DNA from: Paracoccaceae bacterium
GTDB lineage: Bacteria; Pseudomonadota; Alphaproteobacteria; Rhodobacterales; Rhodobacteraceae
DNA: 64,000 nucleotides
NCBI GenBank assembly: GCA_902602765.1
Contig: CACKSH010000007.1
Coordinates: 30,373 to 94,372, forward strand
Direction: 5' to 3'
Positions 40,939-50,659 of the stretch are shown piece by piece. A model generated the notes under the pieces. The model was not told the DNA's origin and searched no databases. It worked only from the letters and a program-made list of their open reading frames with translations. Positions within the stretch are counted from its first letter, which is position 1. Every line of letters begins with the position of its first letter. Made by a program: the position numbers and the translations under genes.

Positions 40939-42042
40939 ATGCAATCAGCTTATATTGTCGGAGCAAAGCGATCAATTGTGTCCCCAATTAATGGACCTCT
41001 TTCTTCATTGCAAATACATGAGTTGGCCGCACCAATCATAAAGAACGTAATAGAAGCTAGTGGAATAAAATCAGATGAGGTAGACGAATTAATTGTCTCG
41101 AATGCTCTTGGTGCAGGGGGCAATCCTTCCAGACTAATTGCTCTTGCAAGTAATTTACCGGAAAGGGTTGGTGGCCTTACCATCGACCGCCAATGTGTAG
41201 GTGGTCTTGATGCGATCATACTTGGTATAAAATTAGTACAAGCCGGTAGTGCTAACGTGGTAGTGGCTGGAGGTGTTGAAAGTTTTTCTAATAGGCCAAT
41301 TCGTCTGGCGCAGGAATATGATAATATATTGGTACCATATGACACTCCTAAATTTACACCAGATTCCGATCAAGAAATACATATGGCGGAAGCAGCTTTT
41401 AAGGTTGCTGAGAAATTTGGGCTTACGCAAAAGGATCAAGATGCGTTTGCGATTAATAGTCATGCAAATGCTCTAAATTCAAAAACATACCTTACCAATG
41501 AGATCGTAAAAATAGGACCAGAAAATATTTCTTTTGATCCCTATACGAGAAATTTGAGTTTTAAACTTTGTGAGCGCGCGCCCAAGTTATTTGGTTCAAT
41601 AACGCATGCAAATACTGCAATTTCAGCGGATGCTGCCTCCTTTGTTGTAATTTGTAAAAATGTACCGGAAGGCAGAAAAGCACTGGAGTTGGTATCTGGT
41701 GCTACCATAGGTGCAAATCCAAAGTTGCCTGGGATCGCTCCTATATATGCGGTAGAAAAGACGTTAAAGTGCTCTGGGTTAAAAAAGACAAATATTAACC
41801 ATGTCGAAATAATGGAAGCATATGCATCACAAGCTATGGCATGTCTTTTAGGGTCTGGACTTGAGAATATTAAAACTAATCCGAAAGGAGGAGCTTTAGC
41901 AAGGGGACATCCTATCGGAGCTTCAGGTACGATACTTGTAACAAGATTGTTTTCTGACCTATCTCCAGGTGAATTAGGAATAGCCGCCGTTGCCGCGGCG
42001 GGTGGTATAGGAAGTTCTGCTATATTTCGCTGCTTAGGTTGA
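40939..42042 (+). CDS. Thiolase-family protein, atypical active site (YhfS-like)
   Basis: IDRQCVGG, AGGVES, GHPIGASG; NEAF appears as MEAY and CxG appears as AAAGG. Confidence 0.88.
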   Translation: MQSAYIVGAKRSIVSPINGPLSSLQIHELAAPIIKNVIEASGIKSDEVDELIVSNALGAGGNPSRLIALASNLPERVGGLTIDRQCVGGLDAIILGIKLVQAGSANVVVAGGVESFSNRPIRLAQEYDNILVPYDTPKFTPDSDQEIHMAEAAFKVAEKFGLTQKDQDAFAINSHANALNSKTYLTNEIVKIGPENISFDPYTRNLSFKLCERAPKLFGSITHANTAISADAASFVVICKNVPEGRKALELVSGATIGANPKLPGIAPIYAVEKTLKCSGLKKTNINHVEIMEAYASQAMACLLGSGLENIKTNPKGGALARGHPIGASGTILVTRLFSDLSPGELGIAAVAAAGGIGSSAIFRCLG

Positions 42043-42588
42043 TTAACTGCGCGATAAAACATCGGCAGGCCGAAGCTTGAATAATGTTTGAGTGAGCGTT
42101 GCACAAAGAAATGCCTTTATCAAATCTCCTGGTAAATAAATTAATGCAATTACCATAGCTTCCGAGATCGATTTTCCCAATATGATAGACATTCCAATGA
42201 TACCTGGAATGTATAACACAAAAATTCCACCTATGATTGCTCCAAGCAGGGATGAATAAAATATGTTTACCATCTTTAATTTAGTTGTAATCAAACCAGC
42301 AACATAAGCTGCTAATGGGAACCCAACAATAAACCCTACACTCGGACTGGCAAAAATGCCTAAGCCACCGCGCCCTCCTGATAATAACGGAAGGCCTAAT
42401 GCAGTGAGTGTAATAAATAGCAAAACTGCTAAAGTGCCTTTTTTTGCTCCTAAAACTGTTCCGCATAACATTATACCCATACTTTGAGCAGTAATAGGTA
42501 CTCCAGAGGCAAGCATTACTTTTGGTGCGAGACCAAGAACGGCAATCACAGCTGCGAATAATGATACCAGAACTATCTTTTTTTCCAT
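42043..42588 (-). CDS. bioY: Biotin ECF transporter S component
   Basis: VPITAQSMG, GLPLLSGGRGG, PSVGFIVGF, LPGDLIKA. Confidence 0.93.
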   Translation of the reverse strand: MEKKIVLVSLFAAVIAVLGLAPKVMLASGVPITAQSMGIMLCGTVLGAKKGTLAVLLFITLTALGLPLLSGGRGGLGIFASPSVGFIVGFPLAAYVAGLITTKLKMVNIFYSSLLGAIIGGIFVLYIPGIIGMSIILGKSISEAMVIALIYLPGDLIKAFLCATLTQTLFKLRPADVLSRS

Positions 42589-42596
42589 TTTGTTAC

Positions 42597-43199
42597 TTAT
42601 TCTCTTAAAGTTGACCTTGATTTAAGGGATTGTGCAACATGATCTGCGTCATCCATAACACTCAATATTAATGGCACAATGATTTGCCACGAAGGTCGTT
42701 TACCCGATCTACATTTGTATGCAAGCTGTAAAATTTTTTGCCTCTCTAGCACAATCGGTGTGAATCGAATGAAAATTAGAACGCTAAGTGAAATTGCTTT
42801 TGTATTTATATTTATAAGTCGCATGGGGCTTATAATTTTTTCGATAATTTCGGAAATCTCACTAGTTTTTGTTGAACAAGTTACGATATTGGCGAGCGAC
42901 ACGATTAATAATAGTCTTAATATAATTAAAGCACCGTAACCTATGTCACCTGAATGAAGATGCCAAACCACTATAATTATGATAAAGGGTAACAAGGGTT
43001 TTAACAGCCCCAGACTGAATTTAAAAATTTGCCAGCCTAGTAGAAATTGAAATGCAATTGTCGTAACAAATAGAAGTACCATAATGCCTAGTGTTTCTAC
43101 AAAAAAAATGCCACTAGTTGCGGTGGCCAAAAATACTAATTTCATGCTGGCTGGTATTTTTTCTAACCAAGTGTGCTGAGGAAAACGAAGAGCTAGCAT
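42597..43199 (-). CDS. bioN: ECF transporter transmembrane (T) component
   Basis: Polytopic; RFTP and degenerate ARS/ARG-type coupling motifs (AYKCRS, SLKSR); TAATG-coupled to bioM. Confidence 0.85.
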   Translation of the reverse strand: MLALRFPQHTWLEKIPASMKLVFLATATSGIFFVETLGIMVLLFVTTIAFQFLLGWQIFKFSLGLLKPLLPFIIIIVVWHLHSGDIGYGALIILRLLLIVSLANIVTCSTKTSEISEIIEKIISPMRLININTKAISLSVLIFIRFTPIVLERQKILQLAYKCRSGKRPSWQIIVPLILSVMDDADHVAQSLKSRSTLRE

Positions 43200-43894
43200 T
43201 ATAAGTTTACGTTTCTTTGCATATGCTTTGAGTACTCTTGTAATACTGACTTTGGTGATCCGTCTAAAAGGACCTTTCCATGATCTAACCAAATGACACG
43301 ATTGCATTTTTCTAGGCTGGATAGGCTGTGGGTTATATGTATAATCATTTGAGGTAAGTTTTTTATGTAGGTATCTAATGCTTTTGTTGTTGGTAAATCT
43401 AACCCTGAGAAAACCTCATCTAAAATTATAATTTCGGGATCCATTGCAAAAACACTCATTATGCATAAAAGCTGTCTTTGCCCTTGAGATAGTGTCGAAG
43501 TAGACAAATTAATCCAGTTTGTTTTATCAAATTTTTGAAGAGTTAATGCAGTTTTCTTTTTTACTTCTGATTTTGAATACCCCAAGTTCTTTAGACCAAA
43601 TCCTATTTCCTCCTCAACTGTTCCAAAAATTATTTGATGGTCAGGATTTTGAAATACTATTCCAATTTTTAGATTAGGATGACTTCGGTTTTTGCCATTA
43701 ATATATACTTCAAGTTTACCTCTGCTTGGGTCAATCAATCCACATAGAATTTTTGCTAATGTAGATTTACCAGAGCCATTTCTGCCTATAATACCTATAG
43801 ATTTTTCATCTAAAGTAAGTGTTAGTTCCTCTAAGATAACTTTACCAAAAGCTGCATACGAGATTTCGTTTAAAACAAGTTTAGGCTTAATCAA
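43199..43894 (-). CDS. bioM: ECF transporter ATPase (A) component
   Basis: GRNGSGKST, FQNPDHQI, LSQGQ, ILDE, ITH; TTG start. Confidence 0.9.
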   Translation of the reverse strand: MIKPKLVLNEISYAAFGKVILEELTLTLDEKSIGIIGRNGSGKSTLAKILCGLIDPSRGKLEVYINGKNRSHPNLKIGIVFQNPDHQIIFGTVEEEIGFGLKNLGYSKSEVKKKTALTLQKFDKTNWINLSTSTLSQGQRQLLCIMSVFAMDPEIIILDEVFSGLDLPTTKALDTYIKNLPQMIIHITHSLSSLEKCNRVIWLDHGKVLLDGSPKSVLQEYSKHMQRNVNL

Positions 43895-43927
43895 CCGGTT
43901 GCCCTTTTTCAGTTTTATAAATGTACT

Positions 43928-44518
43928 TCAAATAAGTAGTACCTGTGTTCCAACTTTGGTCAAACTGAATAATTCGTTAATATGTTCGTTATATAATCCA
44001 ATGCAACCATTTGAGGATCTGCGCCCAATTTTTCGGGTGTCATGTGTTCCATGAATTCTGTAATATTGCCAACTTAAATACAACGCATGTGTTCCTAAAG
44101 GGTTTTCTGGTCCAGGTGGCATAAATTCTGGCCACTCAGGGTTTCTTTCAAGCATAGAAGGTGTAGGTCGCCAGCTTGGGCCTTCAACTTTTTTTACAAC
44201 TTTAGTGCGACCTCTGCGGGTCAACTCGTCAGACATTGGAACGCTCGATGGATATAGATTATATATACCCTGATCTTCAGACCAAAAATGCAGAGCGCGT
44301 GATGTCATATCTACGAGAATTGCACCATTCTTTAGATTGCTAAAGTAGGGGCGCCAATCAAGTGCACGAAAGCTTGAAAGGTTGTGGCGTTGAGCTTTTG
44401 TAATTTCTTGTTCAATTTCCGTAGTATTGTCAGCATTAACATTTGATTGTGCCAAGACTGGAGTGCTTACTGAGGCAAATGACGCTATCACAAACGATCT
44501 TCGGGACCAATCTTCCAT
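43928..44518 (-). CDS. L,D-transpeptidase (YkuD/ErfK family), Tat-exported
   Basis: SRRSF Tat motif, W.PTPSM, PGPENPLG, HGT...SNGCI catalytic His/Cys. Confidence 0.92.
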   Translation of the reverse strand: MEDWSRRSFVIASFASVSTPVLAQSNVNADNTTEIEQEITKAQRHNLSSFRALDWRPYFSNLKNGAILVDMTSRALHFWSEDQGIYNLYPSSVPMSDELTRRGRTKVVKKVEGPSWRPTPSMLERNPEWPEFMPPGPENPLGTHALYLSWQYYRIHGTHDTRKIGRRSSNGCIGLYNEHINELFSLTKVGTQVLLI

Positions 44519-44664
44519 AACTAACTCCGTGACATTAAGTATAACATTGCCATTATGTTTTATTTACAATCTAAACAAGGAGTAAATAGCTAAGTTAAAT
44601 AAAACTGTGTTTGATATGCTTTCAGTATCAATATAAGAGCAAGAATAGATTGAACGGGAACAAT

Positions 44665-45198
44665 ATGTTGAATGTAAAGTGGCTCTTAGTTTTTTGTTTA
44701 ATGTGGTTATCTGGCTGCAATGCGGTTGGGTCTCCCGAAATGGGTCTTGATGGAAAACCATTACCGAAAATATACAAATTAAAAAGGCAAAATGTTGGTC
44801 ATGTTAAATTCCGAATGTTGGACGCAGTAAATGCCTTGCGTATTGCAAAAGGCATCCAGGTGCTTGAATTTAATTCAGAATTAAATGCAGCTGCAGCTAC
44901 TCACGCCCGTGATATGTCTATACAAAATAGACCCTGGCATTTTGGTTCAGATGGATCCTCTCCACTAGATAGGGTAGCTCGAGTCGGATACGAGAAAGTA
45001 TTTCTGGGTGAGACAATTTCAGAAACCTATGAAAGCGAGATTACTACATTAACAGCATGGATTAATAATGAAAATACGCGAGATGTTATATTAGATCCAA
45101 GAGCAAATGAATTAGGATTTGCTTGGTATCAGGAGCGTAATGGAAAAATCTGGTGGGCTATGGTGCTTGGTGGAAATTCACTTTCTACGGTTCAATAA
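44665..45198 (+). CDS. CAP/SCP domain lipoprotein
   Basis: LSGC lipobox; VNALR, HARDM, HFGSDGSSP, GETI CAP motifs. Confidence 0.88.
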   Translation: MLNVKWLLVFCLMWLSGCNAVGSPEMGLDGKPLPKIYKLKRQNVGHVKFRMLDAVNALRIAKGIQVLEFNSELNAAAATHARDMSIQNRPWHFGSDGSSPLDRVARVGYEKVFLGETISETYESEITTLTAWINNENTRDVILDPRANELGFAWYQERNGKIWWAMVLGGNSLSTVQ

Positions 45199-45673
45199 AA
45201 ATTGGAGTGCCAATTCTTACCAACTTAAAAATTTCTTGGATTTCATTATTACTTACTGCTATGCATCCTGCTGTCCAATCTTTTTGAAACCAGCGAAAAG
45301 GTTTATCTGTTCCATGTATAAAGATATCGCCTCCTGGAAGTTTGCCTTTAAGCTTTGCAAAATATTGGTCCTTTGAGTTTGGGTAAGATATACCAATAGA
45401 TAGATGATATTTACTATTTCGGTTCTTTCTATCAATTTTATAGGAACCTTCTGGAGTTTTCCCATCCCCTTCAAATTTTTTGTGTCCCTCTGGAGCAAAG
45501 CCAAGGTCTATCCTGTATGACTTAATTATTTCATTTCCACTGAACAGATACATTCGCCGCTTGCGCTTTTTTACTACAATTTCTGTAACTTTTACATCGG
45601 AGGCTTTAGGGAGTAATATGTTGCTAGAGAAAATCCAACTCATACTTGAAATAATGAATATTCGCCTCAACAT
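45185..45673 (-). CDS. YkuD-domain protein (YafK/DpaA-like L,D-peptidase subfamily)
   Basis: K..EGDGKTPEG.Y, ISYPN, GGDIFIHG, WTAGCIAV. Confidence 0.88.
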   Translation of the reverse strand: MLRRIFIISSMSWIFSSNILLPKASDVKVTEIVVKKRKRRMYLFSGNEIIKSYRIDLGFAPEGHKKFEGDGKTPEGSYKIDRKNRNSKYHLSIGISYPNSKDQYFAKLKGKLPGGDIFIHGTDKPFRWFQKDWTAGCIAVSNNEIQEIFKLVRIGTPIFIEP

Positions 45674-45756
45674 CTTTAAATTAGCCCTATTGATTGGAAA
45701 TTAACTCGATACTCTTAAACTTGGCCGCATTACAGTATAAAAATATTAAAACATAA

Positions 45757-47595
45757 TCAAACCGCTATTCGATCGATACCAATAAATCCGCCAGATTGCC
45801 GCTCCCAGTATTTGCAGTACAATCCTCCAAATGCAAGTAAGTCATTATGTGTTCCTTGTTCTGCTATTTTTCCTTCATGTAATAGTATTATTCTATCCAT
45901 TTTCACTATTGTAGACAAACGGTGAGCTATGGCAATTACAGTCTTTTTTCTCATTACATAATCTAAAGCATCTTGAATTTGAGCCTCAGTTTCGCTATCG
46001 AGCGCACTTGTGGCCTCATCCAGTATCAGTATTGGAGCATTCTTAAGAATTGCTCTCGCCAGAGCTATACGCTGTCTTTGACCGCCAGAAAGTTTGACGC
46101 CGCGTTCCCCTAAATGCGCGTCAAAACCTTTCCTACCTTGATTGTCAGAAAGTTCTTTTATAAAACAATGCGCTTGAGCTTTTATTGCAGCGTTAAGTAC
46201 TTCTTCTTTGGATGCAAGCGGATCCCCATATAAGATGTTTTCATAGGCAGACCTATTAAACATAGAAGTGTCTTGAGCAACCATTGATATTTCTTTTCGA
46301 AGGCTATCCTGCGTAACTTCTGCTATATCTTGGTCTGATATCGAAACTTTTCCACTCTCTGGATCATAAAAGCGCAATATTAAATTTACCAAAGTAGATT
46401 TTCCAGCACCAGAAGCACCTACCAATCCAATTTTTTCTCCCGCACCTACATCAAGTGATAGGTCTGTAATACCTCCAATTTCTTTACCATATTTAAATTT
46501 CAGGTTTTCGATTTTAATTTTTGGCTCTATCAAAACTAGCTTTTTCGCTGTGTCTATATCTTTAAGTTCGTATCTTGGCGTAAGTGTTTTTATTCCATCT
46601 TCAATTTCACCAATTTGGGAGTAGATGCTCATTAGAGTGAAGCTCACCCAGCCAGTCATTTGAGCAAGTCGCAGGCCAATAGCCCCAGCAACTGTTACTT
46701 GGCCCACGGTAGCAATGTCATTAACCCAAGATAGTAGGGAAAATCCTACGAGGCCAATAGGAATTAAACCAGCTAACGTTAGAAGAACGATACGAAATTC
46801 TAACATTGTTTTTTGTCGTTCTAGAGACCGATCTAAATATTTATCCATTGCAAACACAGCGGCGTCATTTTCATGAGAAATATGAGCGAATTGTTTTACC
46901 GTTTTGATATTACTTATTGTGTCAATTACTTGGCCTGATACTGTTGCTTTGGCATCGGCATAGGCTTTTGATTTTATTCTAATCCTCGGCATATACAATC
47001 TTATGAGGTATAGATATGTAATAAGCCATATTGCAACAAACGCAGTGCTAGTTAAATCAAAAGAACCAACAACAATCATGGCTGCAACTACTGAGGCTAA
47101 AGAGTATACACCCGTTTGCAAAATGTCTGTTATTAACGTTGAAAGTGAATTTGCCGTTTGAAGCTGTTTTTGAGCAATTCTACCAGCAAAGTCGTTTTCA
47201 AAAAAACTTACAGACTGGCCTAACGTCCAACGGTGCAGTTTGAGAAGTGTCATATTTAATATTTTTGGTCCAAGTACTGCTTGAAAAAGTGCGCTCAAAC
47301 AGAAGCTCAATGGCCTGAAAAGTACAAAGATTAGCACGCATGATATTAAGAGTATTTTATTTGAGCTGAAAAAAAATGCTTGCCCAGTGTCAGACTGGGC
47401 TGAGTCCACCACCCATCCGAGAGCGATCGTTGTTATCATTTCGAAAGAGCCAGCCAGTATGGCAGCGGATGCACCGCAAAAAATAAATATCCAGGTGCCA
47501 CTACAAGACCAAATGATAAAACTCCACAGGTCTTCTGGAGGTGGAGTTTCACTCTTCTTTTTGTAGTCAATCTTGTTTGAAATCCAAGTAATCAT
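45757..47595 (-). CDS. ABC exporter, fused permease/ATPase half-transporter
   Basis: About 6 TM helices, FENDFAGRIA, GASGAGKST, LSGGQ, LDEATSALD, AHRL. Confidence 0.93.
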   Translation of the reverse strand: MITWISNKIDYKKKSETPPPEDLWSFIIWSCSGTWIFIFCGASAAILAGSFEMITTIALGWVVDSAQSDTGQAFFFSSNKILLISCVLIFVLFRPLSFCLSALFQAVLGPKILNMTLLKLHRWTLGQSVSFFENDFAGRIAQKQLQTANSLSTLITDILQTGVYSLASVVAAMIVVGSFDLTSTAFVAIWLITYLYLIRLYMPRIRIKSKAYADAKATVSGQVIDTISNIKTVKQFAHISHENDAAVFAMDKYLDRSLERQKTMLEFRIVLLTLAGLIPIGLVGFSLLSWVNDIATVGQVTVAGAIGLRLAQMTGWVSFTLMSIYSQIGEIEDGIKTLTPRYELKDIDTAKKLVLIEPKIKIENLKFKYGKEIGGITDLSLDVGAGEKIGLVGASGAGKSTLVNLILRFYDPESGKVSISDQDIAEVTQDSLRKEISMVAQDTSMFNRSAYENILYGDPLASKEEVLNAAIKAQAHCFIKELSDNQGRKGFDAHLGERGVKLSGGQRQRIALARAILKNAPILILDEATSALDSETEAQIQDALDYVMRKKTVIAIAHRLSTIVKMDRIILLHEGKIAEQGTHNDLLAFGGLYCKYWERQSGGFIGIDRIAV

Positions 47596-49427
47596 TTAAC
47601 CATCGTTTGTATAAATCCACCAGATTGATGAGACCACAACTTGGCATATAAACCTTTGTTTTTTAACAATTCAGCATGAGACCCATCTTCAACTATTCTT
47701 CCAGCTTCCATGACCAAGATCCTATCCATATGAACTATGGTAGAGAGCCTGTGAGCAATAGCTATAACGGTTTTTCCTTCCATTATATAAGCCAACGTTT
47801 CTTTTATTGCTGCTTCTACCTCGCTATCTAGTGCACTTGTTGCTTCGTCCATGAGCAATATTGGCGCATCTTTTAAGATGACGCGGGCCAGAGCAATCCG
47901 CTGTCTTTGACCTCCAGATAACTTCACGCCACGTTCACCAACTTTAGAGGAGTATCCTTTATTACCGTCTATGTCCTCTAGGTTTATGATAAATTCGTGG
48001 GCTCGTGCTTTTTTAGCTGCATCAATAATTTCTTTTTCAGTGGCGTCACTTCTTCCGTAGTTAATGTTTTCTCTAATGCTTCTGTGTAAAAGGCTACTTT
48101 CTTGCTGTATTGTGCCAATGTGCCGTCTTAGACTTTCTTGCTTTATCAGGGAGATATTCTGCTCATCTATAAGTATTTTGCCCTTTTCAACATCGTAGAA
48201 TCGTAAAAGTAATTTAAAAAGTGTTGATTTTCCTGCTCCTGAGGGACCAACTAACCCAACTTTTTGTCCAGCAGGAATTTTAATATTTAAATTATCAAGG
48301 CCACCATAGCTTCGACCATAATGATGATATAAATTTTGAACATCTATTTTTGAATCACCAAGATTCAGCTTTTTAGCGTTTTTATGATCCACTAATTGTA
48401 CTGGTTGGGCTATAGTCTCTAACCCTTCTCTTATAACACCTAATTCCCGAAAAAAAGTGGAAGCCGCCCACATTATCCACCCGGACATTGCACTTATACG
48501 CAGAACTAAGGTTGCTGCAGCTGCCACCACACCTACTGACGTTTGTTCTGAATACCAAAGCCATATGGCCCATCCGATTGTTCCAGCTGTTAGAATGCCA
48601 TTTAAAAAAGAGAGCGAAATATCCATTATGGAATATAATCGCAACTCTCTAATAATTGTATTTCGGGTGTCTGTGATTGCCCCTCTTGCATACTCAAGTT
48701 CTTTTTTTTCATTAGAGAATAATTTTACAGATTGGATATTTGTATAAGCATCTACGATGTATCCGTTCAAATTCGACCTAGCATCGGCTGCTGCCTGTGA
48801 TGCTGGCTGAATGCGTTTGATCACAAAAATTATCAAATAACCGTAAGCAAACATCCAAACTAAAAGAGGCACAATGAGTTCTATTTCTGCTGTTACAAGT
48901 AAAAATAATGCTCCTACCAAGTAGGCTAAAATATAGCTAAATGCATCAAATACGTGATAAATTACTTCACCTGCTGACCGAGGGGTCTGCATCACCCTGT
49001 TTGCGATCCTCCCAGCAAAGTCATTTTCAAACCATCCAACTGACTGGCGCATAACTTGCCTGTGACCCCTCCATCGGAATAATGTTGCTATATTTGGCAT
49101 AAGTGAATTGTTGTTTAGTAGAACAGCTATAGAGGCAATTACTGGCATTCCAACGCCTGCTAGGATCAAAAAAAATCCAATAAAGAAGCCGTTATCTAAA
49201 ATTTCTTGTCTTGATCCCGTTTGCATTAGGTCAACAAGCTGCCCAATTCCATAAATTAATAAAAGTTCGATGGTTGCCAATAAAAATGCAAAGAAAGCCG
49301 TGACACCAAACAGGAAGTAGAAAGGCTTAGTATAATCTTTTAAAAAATTCGATATTTCTTTGGGAGGAGTATCTGTTTCCTCATATGTACAAAATGGATC
49401 TACAAGGTTCTCAAAAAATTTAAACAT
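47592..49427 (-). CDS. ABC exporter, fused permease/ATPase half-transporter (paralog)
   Basis: About 6 TM helices, FENDFAGRIA, GPSGAGKST, LSGGQ, MDEATSALD, AHRL; ATGA overlap with the next gene. Confidence 0.93.
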   Translation of the reverse strand: MFKFFENLVDPFCTYEETDTPPKEISNFLKDYTKPFYFLFGVTAFFAFLLATIELLLIYGIGQLVDLMQTGSRQEILDNGFFIGFFLILAGVGMPVIASIAVLLNNNSLMPNIATLFRWRGHRQVMRQSVGWFENDFAGRIANRVMQTPRSAGEVIYHVFDAFSYILAYLVGALFLLVTAEIELIVPLLVWMFAYGYLIIFVIKRIQPASQAAADARSNLNGYIVDAYTNIQSVKLFSNEKKELEYARGAITDTRNTIIRELRLYSIMDISLSFLNGILTAGTIGWAIWLWYSEQTSVGVVAAAATLVLRISAMSGWIMWAASTFFRELGVIREGLETIAQPVQLVDHKNAKKLNLGDSKIDVQNLYHHYGRSYGGLDNLNIKIPAGQKVGLVGPSGAGKSTLFKLLLRFYDVEKGKILIDEQNISLIKQESLRRHIGTIQQESSLLHRSIRENINYGRSDATEKEIIDAAKKARAHEFIINLEDIDGNKGYSSKVGERGVKLSGGQRQRIALARVILKDAPILLMDEATSALDSEVEAAIKETLAYIMEGKTVIAIAHRLSTIVHMDRILVMEAGRIVEDGSHAELLKNKGLYAKLWSHQSGGFIQTMVK

Positions 49428-49480
49428 AGAAGTTCCGTTAATCACAAAAGATTGTCACGATAATAGACCCTTTAATTCTG

Positions 49481-50659
49481 TCAAGAGTGGGTTTTTGCTT
49501 TTATACCGATAACTTTCAGTATTTTGGCAGGGTCAGATTTAAAATTGCTTTTTATCCAAGCACGTTGGGCTTCTTTTAATTTAATCCCGACGTCCGCTCC
49601 GCTCATATATTTAGATAAATGCGCCCCGGATATAGGACATGGATATAAACAAGCTTTTTCGATTTTTTTGACATCACTTAACTTTAATTTTTTGCCCTGA
49701 TTGAATGTGGAGATTGCAAGCGCCGATTGGGCAACTTCCTTGTTGAACTGGTAAACCAATTCTGCAGGGTCAAAATTTTTTCCCAAAAGGCTCTTTAATA
49801 GTGAAAACTTTTTTACCTCTTTGCGCGATAAATTGAGGGATGTTACCTTAGTATTTATAGTGATTGCTACAAGTCTTCTAATTGCCTCTGGTTCAATCCC
49901 CATTTTTTGTTCTATTGAAATTAGGTTTTTGATACTTTTGATACCTCCGTCACTCAAAACCTTTTCAAGAACACCTATTTGTGACATTTCTGATAGTGCG
50001 CGGGATGGATTTCTGGATAACAATATTTTTTGTAATTCATTCCATACCCTTTCCTTAGATAGAAATTTCAAGCCATTTTGATTATCTTTTATTGCGTCTA
50101 ATGCGTCTCGCTCGAAGTCTACCACCCAGTCAGCAAACTGAGCATGGAATCGAAAGAATCTCAAAATTCGCAAGTAATCTTCTTGGATACGGTTGTTTGC
50201 GTTGCCAATGAATTTGATTCTAAGGGGTTGGAAGTCCTTAAGTCCTCCTATCGGGTCTATGATTTTTCCGGTAGCGTCTGCATAAAGGGCATTTATTGTA
50301 AAATCTCTTCTTTCAGCATCTTTTGTGATATTATCAGAAAAGCTTACATCAGCATGTCTTCCATCTGTATTTTGGTCACTTCGCATTGTAGTGATTTGGT
50401 ATGGGATACCCTCTGATACAACAGTTACAGTGCCATGAGAAAATCCAGTTGGAGTAGCTTTGAAGGACTCGATGTTAAAAAGATCTAACGTTTCCTCTGG
50501 TTTTGCATCAGTCGAAATATCAATATCATTCACAGGGAAATTTAAAATACTATTTCTGACACACCCACCAACTAGGTATGCATTATGATCAGCTTTTTTT
50601 AATATTTGTAATATATTTTGTAAGCTTTCATTCTTTATCCATTCACTATCAATTTGCAT
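49481..50659 (-). CDS. cca: CCA tRNA nucleotidyltransferase
   Basis: VGGCVRN, DIDI, RRDFTINA, EDYLRILRFFRF; no HD domain. Confidence 0.9.
   Translation of the reverse strand: MQIDSEWIKNESLQNILQILKKADHNAYLVGGCVRNSILNFPVNDIDISTDAKPEETLDLFNIESFKATPTGFSHGTVTVVSEGIPYQITTMRSDQNTDGRHADVSFSDNITKDAERRDFTINALYADATGKIIDPIGGLKDFQPLRIKFIGNANNRIQEDYLRILRFFRFHAQFADWVVDFERDALDAIKDNQNGLKFLSKERVWNELQKILLSRNPSRALSEMSQIGVLEKVLSDGGIKSIKNLISIEQKMGIEPEAIRRLVAITINTKVTSLNLSRKEVKKFSLLKSLLGKNFDPAELVYQFNKEVAQSALAISTFNQGKKLKLSDVKKIEKACLYPCPISGAHLSKYMSGADVGIKLKEAQRAWIKSNFKSDPAKILKVIGIKAKTHS

Noticed and set aside
40950-42104. Long antisense ORFs (131 and 187 aa) opposite the thiolase
   Set aside because: Shadow frames of a well-supported gene, with no RBS or recognisable motifs
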